Assembly: GCA_026025795.1 (NCBI GenBank)
Contig: JAPEUG010000059.1
Coordinates: forward strand, 1-63,207
Origin: Thelocarpon superellum
Lineage: Eukaryota
Direction of reading: 5' to 3'
DNA length: 63,207 nucleotides
Every line of letters starts with the position of its first letter. Position 1 is the stretch's first letter. Both the position numbers and the translations under genes were made by a program. Shown one piece after another: positions 10,501 to 22,956 of the stretch. The notes beneath the pieces were generated by a model. That model was given only the letters and a program-made list of their open reading frames with translations. It searched no databases and was not told where the DNA came from.

Positions 10501-13500
10501 CAACCGGATCGGGTCCGACGGGGAGGTTCAAGACGGCGCGCTCGACCCCAAACTTGACGTGCACGCACGGCAAGCTGCCGAGGTCGAAATCTCGTCGACA
10601 CAGCATGTTGCCAATCTCCTGCCGTCCGTTCTTTGTCACGCGCGGGAGGGTGTTGGGCGCGGTGATCATGACGCAGTAGACACGGACATGGTGCTCATGA
10701 TAGAGCACTTCCATACACCGCTCCGCCAGCGAGTCGAGCAACGGGATGTCTAGCTGGCGCGGCAGCCCGCCCGATGACTGGGGCGCGGTGGACGCTTCGA
10801 CGGACTCCAGCAGGACGATAGGCAGATGCTCGTCGTTGACGAAGACGTCAAAGGCGGAGCAGTCGTAGATCTTGGGCACGTTCTTCATGATGGTCACGAT
10901 CAGGTGCTGCACAAAGAAGTAGCGATACTCCGCCACCTCCATGCCGTGCTCAACCCACTCGACCTTCTGCCGCAGTCGGTCCTCGTAGAGCCCGAGGACA
11001 TAGACTTTACCCTCAATCACGCAGCCCAGCAAGCCCGTGCGAAGAAACTCGGGCTCCACCGCCATCGGCGTTGGGTTTCCTTCCTCGAAGCGATACGGTC
11101 GGGCGTGGAAGATGGTCTCGGTGTGTTTGGGCAAGGCCCAGAAACCGCCCGACAACGAGGGCGAGTCCACCCAGATCTCACCAATGACGAAAGGCGAGCA
11201 GAGCAGACAGGTCTCGGGGTCCACGACGGACAAGGTCGCGTCAGGGATGGGAAAGCCAAAGGCCCCCACTCGGACGGTACCGGGCTCGGAGCCGGCACGT
11301 TGGCGTGCCTCTTCTCCGATGGCCAGGACGACGACCTCATTCGTCTTCAAGGCTTCTCGATCCAGTAGCACCTCGCTCAGCTCCGTCCGCCCGGTCTCAT
11401 CCATCGGCGCCGAAGCCCCGCTCCCGATGAGACCGCTGTAGCCGTTGGGTCCGGATTCGCTCTTGGGGTCTTTGCCGGGCTCGTGGCCGTCGACGTTGGG
11501 GGGCAGGGTGATGCTCAGCGGGCAGCCCATGCGTTCCTCCCCACCCATCCAGTCCCGCATGCTGATGACCATCCCGCCATGCTCCGGGAGACACAGCATC
11601 GGGGCCACGATCTCACGCGCGCGCGGATTACGTAGGGGCCGCAGCCAGCGATCGGCGAGAATCTCATGGAAGTCGGAATCGACGGTCAAGGTGTCAATCA
11701 TACAGAGCTTGACCTTGCTGAAGTTGACTTCGAAATTCTTCTTAAAGTTTCGCGTCGTCATCGGATCGGTCTGGTAATTGAAGGCGGCACGCTTCAGGCC
11801 GGGATAGTCGGCGACCATGAGCGTAGCCAGATACTTGGTGACGAGGTGGGCATAAAGTCCAGGCACTTCCATCACCTTGGCCTCCATCCAGACGGTGGTG
11901 TGTCCGCCGTACACGGTCAGCAGGACACCGAGGATCATCCCGATGCTCTGACGCGGGTCGAGATAGCTTAAGAAGATCTCGGCCGCGCTGCCCATCGCCA
12001 AGGCGCGGCCGCTCTTGTCTCGCAGCGAGCTGTTCATGGTGTCGCCAACGCCTTGACTGGTGGGGATTGTGGAGATGATGGACGTGAGACACGCCATCTG
12101 ATGCATCAGCGTGCGGTGGCTCATGACGACGCCGCGTAGATCGCCCGTGGGAGCGCGGGAGAACTCGATGTAGGCCAGATCGGGGACGATCAACGGTGGC
12201 ACCTCCTCCTTCTTCTTGGGATTGTAGCTGCCAAATTCGTTCGTCTTCCACCATTCGACGCCGCGAGGCCAGCTCAACTTCTGCATCGTAATGTCACGCT
12301 GGAAGGATTTCAGGTTGTTGTCGGTCGTCAGGGCGAGGTGCGCCTGCGTCGAGGTCAAGATGACATTCAGCTTGGGATAATCGTCCAGGTTGTTGATGGG
12401 CACAGCGACGACGCCAGCAATGAAGCAGCCCATTAGGGCGACGGCAAAGTCAATGATTTCGGTATCGCGGTAGATCAAGGCGACGCGGTCACCGCGGTAC
12501 AAATTGCTCTTGTCGCGAATGACCTGGGCCACCTTCTCGGCCCGGCTGGCCAATTTCTCAAAGGTGATGGACGAAACCTCCTTTCCGCGTGCATCCAGCA
12601 CCCAATAAGCCGGGGTCTTTGGGTTTGAGCGGCCACGGTGACGCAAGACCGAGGCAATGTTGTCGAATTTGGACATGGGCACGTTCCCATTGTGTGGATC
12701 GTAGATGGCAAACGGGAGGTCACGGGGCTCGAGAGGCATCTGGTAGTTGAGTGCGCCAGGGGGTGGCAGATCGTTAGAGGTGAGGGGCGGTGGGGCAGAG
12801 GCGGCGGTGGGCGAAAACGCATCGGAGATGGAGTAGCGGTGCGGGCCGCCACCGTAGCTATCGCGCTGCTGGCCGGCAAAGTCGGAGAAGTATCCCTGCT
12901 GTGAGTCGAGCATGGTTTCCCGACGCTCCGGCGATTCTGTCAAGGAGGGATTGTCGCCCGGCGAAGGGTCGTTCGCTTCCGGTGGATGAAAGGCGTAGTC
13001 AGTGGATGACAGCCGTTTGGCTGCGGCGTTGTCCAACGAGGGCAGGAACAGCGATTCCCGTCCACCATATGTCGACAGACGCTGGGATGATGGGTTTCTC
13101 ACGGCCAAGGCCGACGGCCGAGATCCTGCTGTCTCCGCCTTGCTGCTGGCAGCGTCCGAGCCGGCGGCGGAGTAGGCATTCAGGGCCGCGAGCGAAGCGG
13201 TACGGGAATTGTCGTTGGACGGGTGTGCCGTATTTTCGGCCGAATGCACGCGGAGCCCTCCCTGGCCACCCTCGATGATTGACGGCATATCATATTGCGA
13301 CAGCAAGACGGTGCGCCGTTTCTGGTACCTGTAGGGTGGGAGGGGTCAGTGGGGAAGGTTTCGGAACGTGGGGATGCCATGCTCACCCTTTTTCTGTGAT
13401 GTCTCCTTCCTGTTCGACGCGGCAGATCAGCCTCAGATTCGAGTCAAGCACAGTAGTGAAGAGAGTGGGGCGGTGGGGGAGAGGCGCGCTGAGGTGGACG

Positions 13501-13567
13501 GACATACCTCCAGCTCATGCTCCAGCTCCTGTAGCTTCGCCTGTAGCTCGCCGCCATCTTGGGCCAT
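7505..13567 (-). CDS. CPS1: DIP2/CPS1 acyl-CoA-ligase-like protein (DMAP-binding N-terminus plus two adenylation-like domains)
   Basis: Exons 13567-13508, 13409-13387, 13328-9643, 9589-9380, 9331-8728 and 8678-7505. ELEHELEEGDITEKGYQKRR DMAP-binding motif; YIEFSRAPTGDLRGVVMSH; YVRTGDLGF. Confidence 0.93.
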
Positions 13568-14454
13568 CGTGCCCAACCCCTCCGTGCTCACAGCACACTG
13601 TCTGAGGCGAGCAAGCGCGGTAGTGGCGTCAATGGCGAGTCAACCGCGCTGCCCGAGGAGTTATGACGTTGATTGGGGGAGGGGTAAAAGGTAGGGACGG
13701 TGGCCACCAACTTTCAGTGTCCGACCATTGCCTGTGTCGGGCGGGTGGAGGCGATACCCACGGCAAGCTGCCAGGAATGGAGGGTTGTGATGATCCAGGC
13801 TCCGACCGCAGAACGCCGTCTCCAAGACAGGATCCGAGACGCTGGTACGCTGATACACTGATGCGGATGCAGGCAATGAGCAGGATACAGGACGCTTTTC
13901 AGGTGGGAGTGGTATTTGAAACACTCCCCCACGTTCATTGCGCGGTCTGAGGCTCGTCACCTCCGGACTTGGTCAGCTCTACGCACCACCGCCACTCCGC
14001 CGACGTGCATGTCCGTACGCCGGAGATGGGTGACCATTGGTTCGGGCGACGGTGCTATACGGGTGGCGACAAGCAAGCCAGTGGTGATTCGCGGGACGAG
14101 AGCGAGGGGACTTCCCCAACTTCTAACATGGTAAAGTAGAAATCCCCTTGAAGGCGTGGAGCTTCCCCAACATTGTGCTACGTACCCAGAGTCCTTGGAG
14201 TGCTGCACGCCTTGCAGCTAATCACGACCCAGTCACGGAGTGCTTCATCATTTGAAGTCCCCAAGAAGTCTAGTCTTTTCCGCATTGGAGCGCTTCAAGA
14301 CTATGGCTGCAGTTCGAGCACAAGCTCTGTCAGCCTTGGTCGCTTACGATTGTCCCGACGGGGGAAATTCCATGTCATCATCAGAACATCCGAATGCCCG
14401 AAGCTTAAAGGTACTACCTGTGAGCCCAGCAACGGATTGACGACCAATCAGGCG

Positions 14455-16959
14455 CTATCGCCTTGTCATCTTGGCTCGACCTTTGTCTTTGCTACCTCCA
14501 GTCCGGCCCTTGCCCTTCTTGCCCGGTACTTTGCCCGTGTCCTTCCCGGCCCCACCCTGTCGCTCCCGGCTCCCTTTCTTCCAAACTCGCCCTTCTGCTC
14601 GGCCATCACGATCCTCCAGTCGCTTCTTCTCCTTCCCGCTGAGTTTACCCGGCTTCCTCTTTGTACCCTTTGGCCCAACCCCCGGGCCGTTGAGTTCTGT
14701 CTTGCCGGCAACCTTGGCGCGATGTTTGTCCTTCTCGCTCTCGAACCAGGTACGCTTGGGTCGGGCCATGATCTCCTGCTGGTGGGTCAAGATGTTGGAG
14801 CCGCGCTGGACCTGCATTTCTGCCTGGGCCAGTTGTCGTTCATCGCGCTCTTCTTTCATGACAGCCTCAACCTCTTCGGTCCACCCGTCGAGCCGCTGAG
14901 CCCAGCCATCGACCGTGCCTGCATCCAGCAGTCGGCTGACAATCTTGGCGCCCTGCGCCCGCCCCGCTTTCACCGCCGCCTTCACGACCTTGCGATCCGA
15001 ATCGGCCGCAATGGTACACGAGCGACCCATGCGGCCGGCACGAGCCGTGCGACCCACTCGATGCAAGTAGATCTCATGTGACTGTGGCGCCTCGTAGTTG
15101 ATCACCGTCTCCACACCTTTGATGTCAAGTCCTCGCGACGCCAGATCCGTCGCGAGAAGAAAAGAGACCTGCTTCTGCCGGAAGCTCTCGACGCTGTGCA
15201 TGCGCTAGATACGCGTCAGTCGTGGTCATGCGAAGCACTCCTCGGGGGAGGGATGTCATACTTGCTCCTGACTCATGCTGCCATGCAGCTCTGCCGCTTT
15301 GAGTCCCGCGAGCGCAAACACGACTCGTACCCGATGCGCTTCCTTCTTCTGTCGGAAGAATACGATGACGCGGTCGGTAAAGGAGGTGGAACAAAGCAGC
15401 ATCAGACACGCCAAACGCTTGTCTTCTCGCCCAGCCCGTAGCCGGACAAACTCCTGCACGAGGGTTGCGACGGTCTGCTTCCGGGCATCGACAAGAAGTC
15501 GGACAGGACGAGTCATGCCGAGTCGGATGAGTTTGTCCACCGAATCAGTCATGGTGGCGGAGAAGAGCATGGTCTGTCGCGACTTGGGAATCGTCGTCAG
15601 GATCTCGTTGAGTTCGTCGGCGAAGCCGTCCTCCAGCATCCGGTCCGCTTCATCAAGCACTAGGATTTCGAGGCTGTCGACCGTGAAGCTGGCCGAGTTA
15701 CGCATGTGGTCGATGAAGCGGCCTGGCGTCGCGATGATGACATCCGGTCTTTTCCGCAGCTCGCTCTCCTGCTCCCGTAGGCTGAAGCCGCCCACGAGTC
15801 GGCAGAAGGTCACGTCAGTGTAGGCTGACAGTTTTTGTGCCACCTCGTGGCATTGCACCGCCAGTTCACGCGTCGGCATTAGGATGGCCACCCGGCTAGT
15901 CGCCACCGTCTTCGGTCGATAGAGTAAGCGCTCGAGGATAGGCACGAGAAAGGCGGCCGTCTTCCCAGATCCCGTTACCGCCCCTCCCACCACGTCCTTC
16001 CCTAGGAGGGCGATGGGGATGGTCTTGGCTTGAATGGGCGTCGGCGAGGTAAATCCCACGGCATTCAATCCCTTTAGTACGGGCCGAGAGAGCGACATGT
16101 TTTGAAAAGACGCCGAGGTACCATTCTTGGAGGCTTTGCCCGCGTCGAGACTTGATTCTTCTGGGGCAAAGAAGGCTTCTCGTCGAGCCCGCTCTGCCGC
16201 GTTCTCCCCATCGTCCGCGCTAGATGCGTTGGAAGGCATGTCATCGGGATGAGGTACGGGTGACGCTATAGACTCATTGTCGAACTCCATCGGGCTTTGA
16301 CTACTTGCCTCATCGTCGCTGTTGGGGGAGACTGCGGTCGCGCTGTCCTCGTCTTCCGGGTCGTGCTCGTTGGCCGTCACCCCCATTCCAAACCCGTCCT
16401 CCGCCAGAAGCTCGTCATCGTCGTCCGATCCATCGTTCGCGTCATCCTCTTCCATGTCTTTGTCCGCATCGCTGGCAACTTGCTCATTGACAGCGCCATT
16501 TACTATTTGATCTGCCTTCTTCTGTCGCCGTCTTGCGATGATCTCGTCGATGTCGGCCGCCTTCTTGTCACCTCGGCCCCCAACGTTGTCGCCCATGATG
16601 TCCATATCTTCTGCATCAAGGTCTTGCAATCTTCCTTGGCCGAGATCTCCGATGACGAAATCAAAGTCAGGGTTCATCGTGCCGTCATCTTCGCCTGTCG
16701 CCGCCCACTGCTCGTCATCTGCCAAAGCATGGACGTCATCGGAAGGGCCCGATTTTGGCTTCTTTTGCTTCTTCTTTTGGCTCTTCGATCCGCCCTTCTT
16801 GCGGTCGTCAAGCTCTTCAGCGTCATGATCAACCCGCTTGCGCTTCTTGTTTTGGATTGCGGGTGACGACGGAGCGACCACTTCGGGCTCTGATTCGAGC
16901 ACATCGTTGTCGTGATCCGAGATGGTCAGCACAAAGTCATCTTCCTGCGTCAGCACCAT
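14455..16959 (-). CDS. DRS1: DEAD-box ATP-dependent RNA helicase Drs1/DDX27 (60S biogenesis)
   Basis: Q motif, [40 protein letters not shown]; intron 15261-15205. Confidence 0.95.
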
Positions 16960-17635
16960 GTTGATGGATGCCTTGTGCTATCAGGAGTCATACGTCCATG
17001 GTCATGCGAGGCCTGTCCGCTCAAAATTGCGAAATAACGTTCAGGCTGCGTGGGCGGCGAAATGTTCAAGAGACGGAAAGCTCAAAAGTTGCCGAGCTCG
17101 TCATTGGCCGACAGGTGATCAGGATCCTTACGTAAGCCGATAAGATGATGGATAGTGGCACTGCAAGTTTAGACACGAGACCACCTCCTTCTATCTCCTG
17201 AGCTCCTGCACGAATCAACTCACCGTCTGTTTCAGGGAGATGGGCGTGCATCTGCATATCAAGGGCTCGGTTTTCTACTTGGATCCATGTTCAACAGGCT
17301 ACTGCACATCCGGGGGTCCACGGTGAGATGTCCTCCGGGGACCTCTCCGACCGAGACAGTGCATCAAGCGGGTGTCCCGTTCACTCAAGATCAATGCATC
17401 TTCAGCACCGCCAGAATTAAGCTTTCATAGCTTGAGTGGAGCCAAGGATTTCTCGGCGCGTAGAATCGTACCAGAATGCGGTTTGAAATGAGCTCCTCTT
17501 CGGCGCGCCGTCCCCGTCATCGTCGCTCTCGTCATGAGAGCGTCATGTTTCCGCGGTGTGAAGGGGCCGATAATGTTCTCCGTGACGGTCATCGATGAGT
17601 AATTGGCACGCTAGATCCAATGTGAGGCTCGTATC

Positions 17636-17865
17636 ATGGCGGGTCTCCCCGCCCGTGACTTGGACTACGCCGATAGTTGTCCCAAAATCTAAGCCGCTGT
17701 CACTTCCTTGACTGTCCTCGCCACGCTTGCCGTGGGTCTCCGTCTCGTCTCGCGAAATCTGGTCCGAATGTCACTGGGTGTAGACGACTATACGGCATGT
17801 CTCTCACTGGTATGGATACGTCCTCTACACCGGGCGATGAAGCGCAAGGCTGACCTCGTTCTCAG
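17636..17865 (+). pseudogene. Pth11-like (fungal rhodopsin-domain) membrane protein gene fragment with in-frame stop
   Basis: Translates as MAGLPARDLDYADSCPKI*AAVTSLTVLATLAVGLRLVSRNLVRMSLGVDDYTACLSL; TAA at 17690-17692; GTATGG..GCTGAC..CTCAG intron 17810-17865; no room for the remaining TM helices. Confidence 0.75.
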
Positions 17866-18047
17866 TGGATGAGCCTAGTCTATGAGGTTCCACCCCATCC
17901 TCGCCCCTTTCCGCGGATTGCCATTGCAATCGCCCGGCGACCTGTCGTCGACGATACTAGCCCCATAATGCTGGATGGCCGACCGGCCGAGGTGATCATT
18001 TGGTGTACGGTCTGAAGGCGCCGGGCCATGTCAGTCGAAGATCGGCG

Positions 18048-19292
18048 TTAGAGCAAGTGGTCGACATTTTCCTTAGTCGTACGTTGCAGCTGTAACACGT
18101 TGACCCTGTCATGGATCTTGTCAGGATAGACTGACGGCCGTGAACGGAGCAGGGATACGAACCACTTGCCGAATTTGATCCCCATGCGCGGCAAATCTGC
18201 CATCTGGTCAAAGCCAAAACGCTCGAGCCACTTCTTCACCCTAGCCATCTCGATGGAGTCATCGACCGTATAGGGGATGTTGCAGACCACCTTAACGATC
18301 TGCCGTCGACCGCCCGGGCCCCAGCCCTCCCCGTCGCAAAATGTGTACCCCCCGCGATGTACATACGACCGATCGAGGATGGAGACCATTTGGTCCAGGA
18401 GACGTGTTCCCACGCCGAGGCGGCGGAACTGGGGGTGTACATACAGCTGCAGTTCAACGGTGTAGCGGTAGCAATTGCGCGGATCACCAAAGTCGTCGGC
18501 GAATGCGAATCCCACGACCTTGCCTTCCCTAGCCGAGGTAGGTAAGACGGGGGGGAACCCCTCGACGGCGACAAGGAAGGGAAGTTTCACAGTATTGAGA
18601 CCCTCAAGGATGCTCTGCAGCATAGACTTAGTCATCCCTTCTAGCTCCGGCACCACCACAGACGTTTTGACGTAATGCTCATAGATTTCTTGACACGCGG
18701 GGAGATCCTTCTGGTCCGCAGATCGAAGGAAAGTGTCAAACCTCCAAGCCGACGGGGAGTGAGCTACCTCCTCGCCACCTTTCTTTGCTCTTTCATGAGA
18801 TTGTGTACGATGCCGCTGGTACCGACGCTTTTTCGCGGCTAAGATGCTCGCTCGGGACGTTATGGCCGTGATGCTTGATTGGTAGGGCTGATAGTACGCC
18901 TTGGGATCGCGAACGGCCGGGATATGCTCGGGCGGTGGGGTGAGCTCGAAATTGGTGAGATGGGCCGTCCCGCTCGCGAAGCGGTCATCGGTGACATCGA
19001 CCCGCGCTCCCCCGGTCGGCGCAATCTGCTCCAGCCACCTAGCCACGAAACGAGAGAGCTGCTTCCGCCACTCGTCATCTTCAACGACGGGGAGTAGCTC
19101 GGACGTGCTGTCCCAGTTCAAAGTCTCGAAGGGCGCCGCGTACGTGCCGCCTAGTGAGCCAAACCCCACGCCCCCGGCTCTGAAGGGCTCGATTGGGGGG
19201 GGTTGCGTTCCTCGCGCGTTTGCCGGATGGTCGGGTGGTGAGACCGTCGGCCGGAGGATGGATATACGGTCGTGAGGCCGGGGTAGCGTCAT
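18048..19292 (-). CDS. GNAT-family N-acetyltransferase (fungal type, N-terminus uncertain)
   Basis: VVGFAFADD, ELQLYVHPQFRRLGVGTRLLD (acetyl-CoA motif A), ERFGF, GIKFGKW; intron 18162-18106. Further upstream exons (about 19431-19817) are possible. Confidence 0.85.
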   Translation of the reverse strand: MTLPRPHDRISILRPTVSPPDHPANARGTQPPPIEPFRAGGVGFGSLGGTYAAPFETLNWDSTSELLPVVEDDEWRKQLSRFVARWLEQIAPTGGARVDVTDDRFASGTAHLTNFELTPPPEHIPAVRDPKAYYQPYQSSITAITSRASILAAKKRRYQRHRTQSHERAKKGGEEVAHSPSAWRFDTFLRSADQKDLPACQEIYEHYVKTSVVVPELEGMTKSMLQSILEGLNTVKLPFLVAVEGFPPVLPTSAREGKVVGFAFADDFGDPRNCYRYTVELQLYVHPQFRRLGVGTRLLDQMVSILDRSYVHRGGYTFCDGEGWGPGGRRQIVKVVCNIPYTVDDSIEMARVKKWLERFGFDQMADLPRMGIKFGKWFVSLLRSRPSVYPDKIHDRVNVLQLQRTTKENVDHLL

Positions 19293-21333
19293 CCGGGAAA
19301 GACTATGTGCCCTATTCTCAATTGGGACGTCATGAGCCAGTACTTCATCTTCCTGTGGAGTAGTGATGAGAGACGTGGAGATGGCTCGGGAGAGCCACTC
19401 ATGAGCTTTACGAGTGTAAGGGAGACGTACCGGTGCTGGACGGCTTGACCAGCCCAGCTTTCATGCTCGCACCTGCGAGCTCTCGCACCTCGTCGGATGG
19501 AGCAATGGCTCTGATGACTTCCGTCGTTGATGGCTGGGTATCCACCGCCTGGACCATGTCGGCGGCGGGAACTTGGGCCGAGCGAGTGCCGCACTCGATT
19601 GTGGTATCGCTCGGAGTGAGGCTCGGAGTGATGGGAGTCAATGAGAGCGGATGGGGATGAAGCTGTTGTGGGCAAGCCCGTTCTGATCGGGGCACCCACG
19701 TCGATTCGGGCTAAGGAAGCCTCAGTTGAACCCATCAGCTCGTCAGACTGCGCCTCTCTTCGATCCATGACGTTCGAGGACACGTCACTGACGATGAAGG
19801 CCGAGGATGTTCGAGATCTGTAAGATGATCAGGGTAGGCGGCGTTGGAAGATGGGGTCAGACAATTCACTGGGCCTGACCTTGCCGTCACCGGTCACCAT
19901 CTCACATGTCGATCTGATGTTGTGGGCAACGCAGTCGGCACTCTGACCGTACGTATGGATGATGCCGATTCCTCGCCAGCTTTCTAGGTGAAGAGTTCGT
20001 TTCTGTCGCCCATCGTAGCTCTCTTTGCTCTCGTCTAGTTCTTTTTTCCCACGGCACGCGCCTTCCTCCACCCAAATCGCAAGACGTGCCCCGGGCCGTC
20101 AATCTGAACTGTCCCGCGGTTTTCTTGGGCCTGACTTAGCTTTTCTTAGTGGTGTCGGGGCCTCCTCTCAGTGAAGCGGTATCATTAGCTGACTTGATTC
20201 CCGGATGAAGGGTGAGTAGGTAGATGCCAATAACAGTCCTCCCGTGTGGATCGCAACGTGCCACCTACCTGGCTTTGAAAGCCACGCCCGGGATAGAGAA
20301 GGGTTTGGGCGCCCTTTCTCTATTTTTTCTTGCCAGAAGCGAAAGTTCGACTTGACTTCGCCCACTCGATTTGTGGAAACGTCATCAGATTGCAGTCAGG
20401 CGGTCTGAGGTCTCGTCACGATTTCGATCTTGTTCCTTCGCTTGCACGCAATCTTCTACCGAGGAGGTCCCTGTGCAAGGACGCAGTCCCCGCGCACACG
20501 GAGCCTACGTGCTTGCTGGACGGGTCCCATCATCGTCACTGTCCACCGCATTGGCTTTTTCATGTCCACCAGCGCTGTGGGACCGAGGCGTCCGTGCTTC
20601 CCCGGCAGAGGATGTCGCCCCACTTCCATGATGACCCACAATTTCGGGGTGGGGAGGGTTGGACTAGATCTGGTCAGCTCTTCAGTTAAAGGGCTTGTCT
20701 TGGAAAACATCGGGAGAACGTGGCGGTGTGCTAGCCACATTCGAGACGGGGGTCGTGGTCAATCGCTAGGACGCAGCGACTCGGAGAACTGACGTGCTGA
20801 CTCTCGGTCCGCACAGGTGCAGCGATGTCCAGGGCAGAAGGTCCTGTGTAGTCCGTGGTATAATCTGGGAATACAGGCTGCTCAACGAGGCCCATCGGCT
20901 GGCTTCTCGAGGGACGTGCAATCCGGTGTGGATTCTCGTGGATTGCATGGATAAACTTGGACCAGGAACAACGGGCCGAGCGGAGCTGAAGAGCGGGGGT
21001 AGGATTTGCGTGAGGAGCGGAGGGTGGAAGGGGAGGTGGGATTGGAACCGGAGAAAACGCATCACGAAGAGATTTCAGAAAAGATAGAGTCGGATAAACG
21101 GGCAGGCGTCACAAAGACTGATGGGCTGGGTTGGAGTTATGGCGGCGTGAAGGGGCGTCCAGTCACCTGTGGGGACATCACGATGCGATAAGCACGATCA
21201 AAACAGGAAAAGTCGGCTGTCCGTTCTCTGGCGACGTTAACCCACCTGACCCACGAGATGAAATGATGTGCTCTGCCTTCGATCACAGAGCAGCGCCCAT
21301 CACTGCCTCTGTGGAAAAGCCGCCACTGGCATT

Positions 21334-22221
21334 ATGCTGTCTATCTTGCGCAAGGCCCGTCTCAAGGACAAGGAGCTCCGCATCTTGATGCTGTACGTCA
21401 GGCGCTCCAAGGCCCCGCGGCCGGCTGACCATGAATGCAGGGGGCTGGACAACGCGGGAAAGACGACGATTGTGAAGCGCATCATGAACGAGGATGTCAA
21501 TACCGTGAGCCCGACGCTTGGATTCATCATCAAGACTATCGACTATGAAGGGTATGTGTGAGGAGATTTCCGATGGCCCGGACCCCACGCTGATGGTTGA
21601 ACCCCACGACCTAGGTACAAGCTGAATATATGTGGGTTTGACCTTGGCCCAGTTCGGATCGCGGACCGTGGACGGCATGTTGCGCCTCTGGCGCGAAATG
21701 TAGAACTGACAAGGAGAGCGATATCTCAGGGGACGTGGGCGGTCAGAAGACGCTGCGCTCATATTGGCGGAATTATTTCGAAAAGACCGACGCACTCATC
21801 TGGGTGGTGGACGCGACCGATCGCCCGCGGCTGAGCCTGTGTGCCGAGGAGCTGGCCGGCCTGCTGTTGCAAGAGGTAAGCGGAGGGCCCTTTAACGCGT
21901 AACCCGCCTACCCCTAAGGCGATGACGCTCACCCGGACGGCCGTAGCGACTCGCAGGAGCCAGTCTGCTGGTCATGGCCAACAAACTCGACGTGGAGGGA
22001 TGCATGGGCGAAGAGGAAATCCGCCAGGTACGACCGGCGCGGAAATCGTGCATCAGTGTACCCGCTGACGAGCCGTGGGCGACCGATAGGGACTGCAATT
22101 GGATGCGATTCAAACGCACAAGTGGACCATCATTCGCTGCAGCGGCATCACCGGCTGGAATCTCCACGCAGGTCTGGCGTGGGTGGTCCAAGACGCGCGC
22201 GACCGTCTGTTTGTCTACTGA
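21334..22221 (+). CDS. ARL2: ADP-ribosylation factor-like GTPase Arl2 (Cin4/Alp41)
   Basis: [55 protein letters not shown]; six exons (introns 21393-21440, 21552-21614, 21632-21729, 21876-21946, 22028-22089). Confidence 0.95.
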
Positions 22222-22956
22222 AATTCCTCTCCTTTGCCTCGTACCGTACGAGTCCCTACTCTATTCTCTAGCGACTTGTCCTCCGCGCGCCGAGCTGGTA
22301 GCTGGAGCTTGGACTATGACGATTCGGCCGACGTGGAACGACGGTGCTTGCACACTGGCGGATTTGTCTGATGCTCGTTGTCGCAGTTTTACCGCGTTCT
22401 CGCTTTGTCGCCCCCTTGTTGTGGCACCTAGACGGCGCAGAATCAGTGCCAGGGGTGCGCTCCTTCCGCGCCCCAGGCCAGATGGGCTCTAGACTTGCGT
22501 GCTGGTCGCTCCAGTTAAGCCCCGCGGCGACATCGCAGGGAAGAGCGAGCGAACCGAGACGGCTCCGGCGCGCGCGTTGCGACTCGTCGGATCCGTGCGT
22601 TACAGTGCTGGAGCATCACCCGCGGTAAACAGACTCTGGCAAGCGAGCGGAGCTGGCGGTTTGTTGTCTCGCTCCGTCTTCCCGCATGCCCGTGGGCGAG
22701 CGGATCGTCGTGCGCCTGGCTGCAGGATTGCAGAACTTGTAGATGTCCGGACGTAGGCCACAATCTGAACCTTGAACCTGAAGCACAATAGCTGGGCCTC
22801 AATACGATCTCACTCGATCGTGGTCTCGCCCGGCTCCCTGCCCGTTCCGATTTCGACCCGGATAGGTTGCTCATGGCCTAGGCGTCCGGCGCCACCAGCC
22901 CTCCTCCCCACTCCTCACGCGTCTCGAATGGTTCGTGGCGTGCCCTCCCCGGCCCC

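Noticed and set aside
13787..13853. GTGATGA...CTGA resembling a C/D box snoRNA
   Set aside because: No terminal stem or recognisable rRNA guide; lies antisense to the CPS1 upstream region; likely chance.
19289..19783. ORF whose TGA overlaps the GNAT ATG (ATGA), suggesting translational coupling
   Set aside because: A GTACGT donor at about 19430 and a downstream TAG acceptor can splice it in frame to the GNAT ORF, so an ordinary upstream exon is the simpler explanation.
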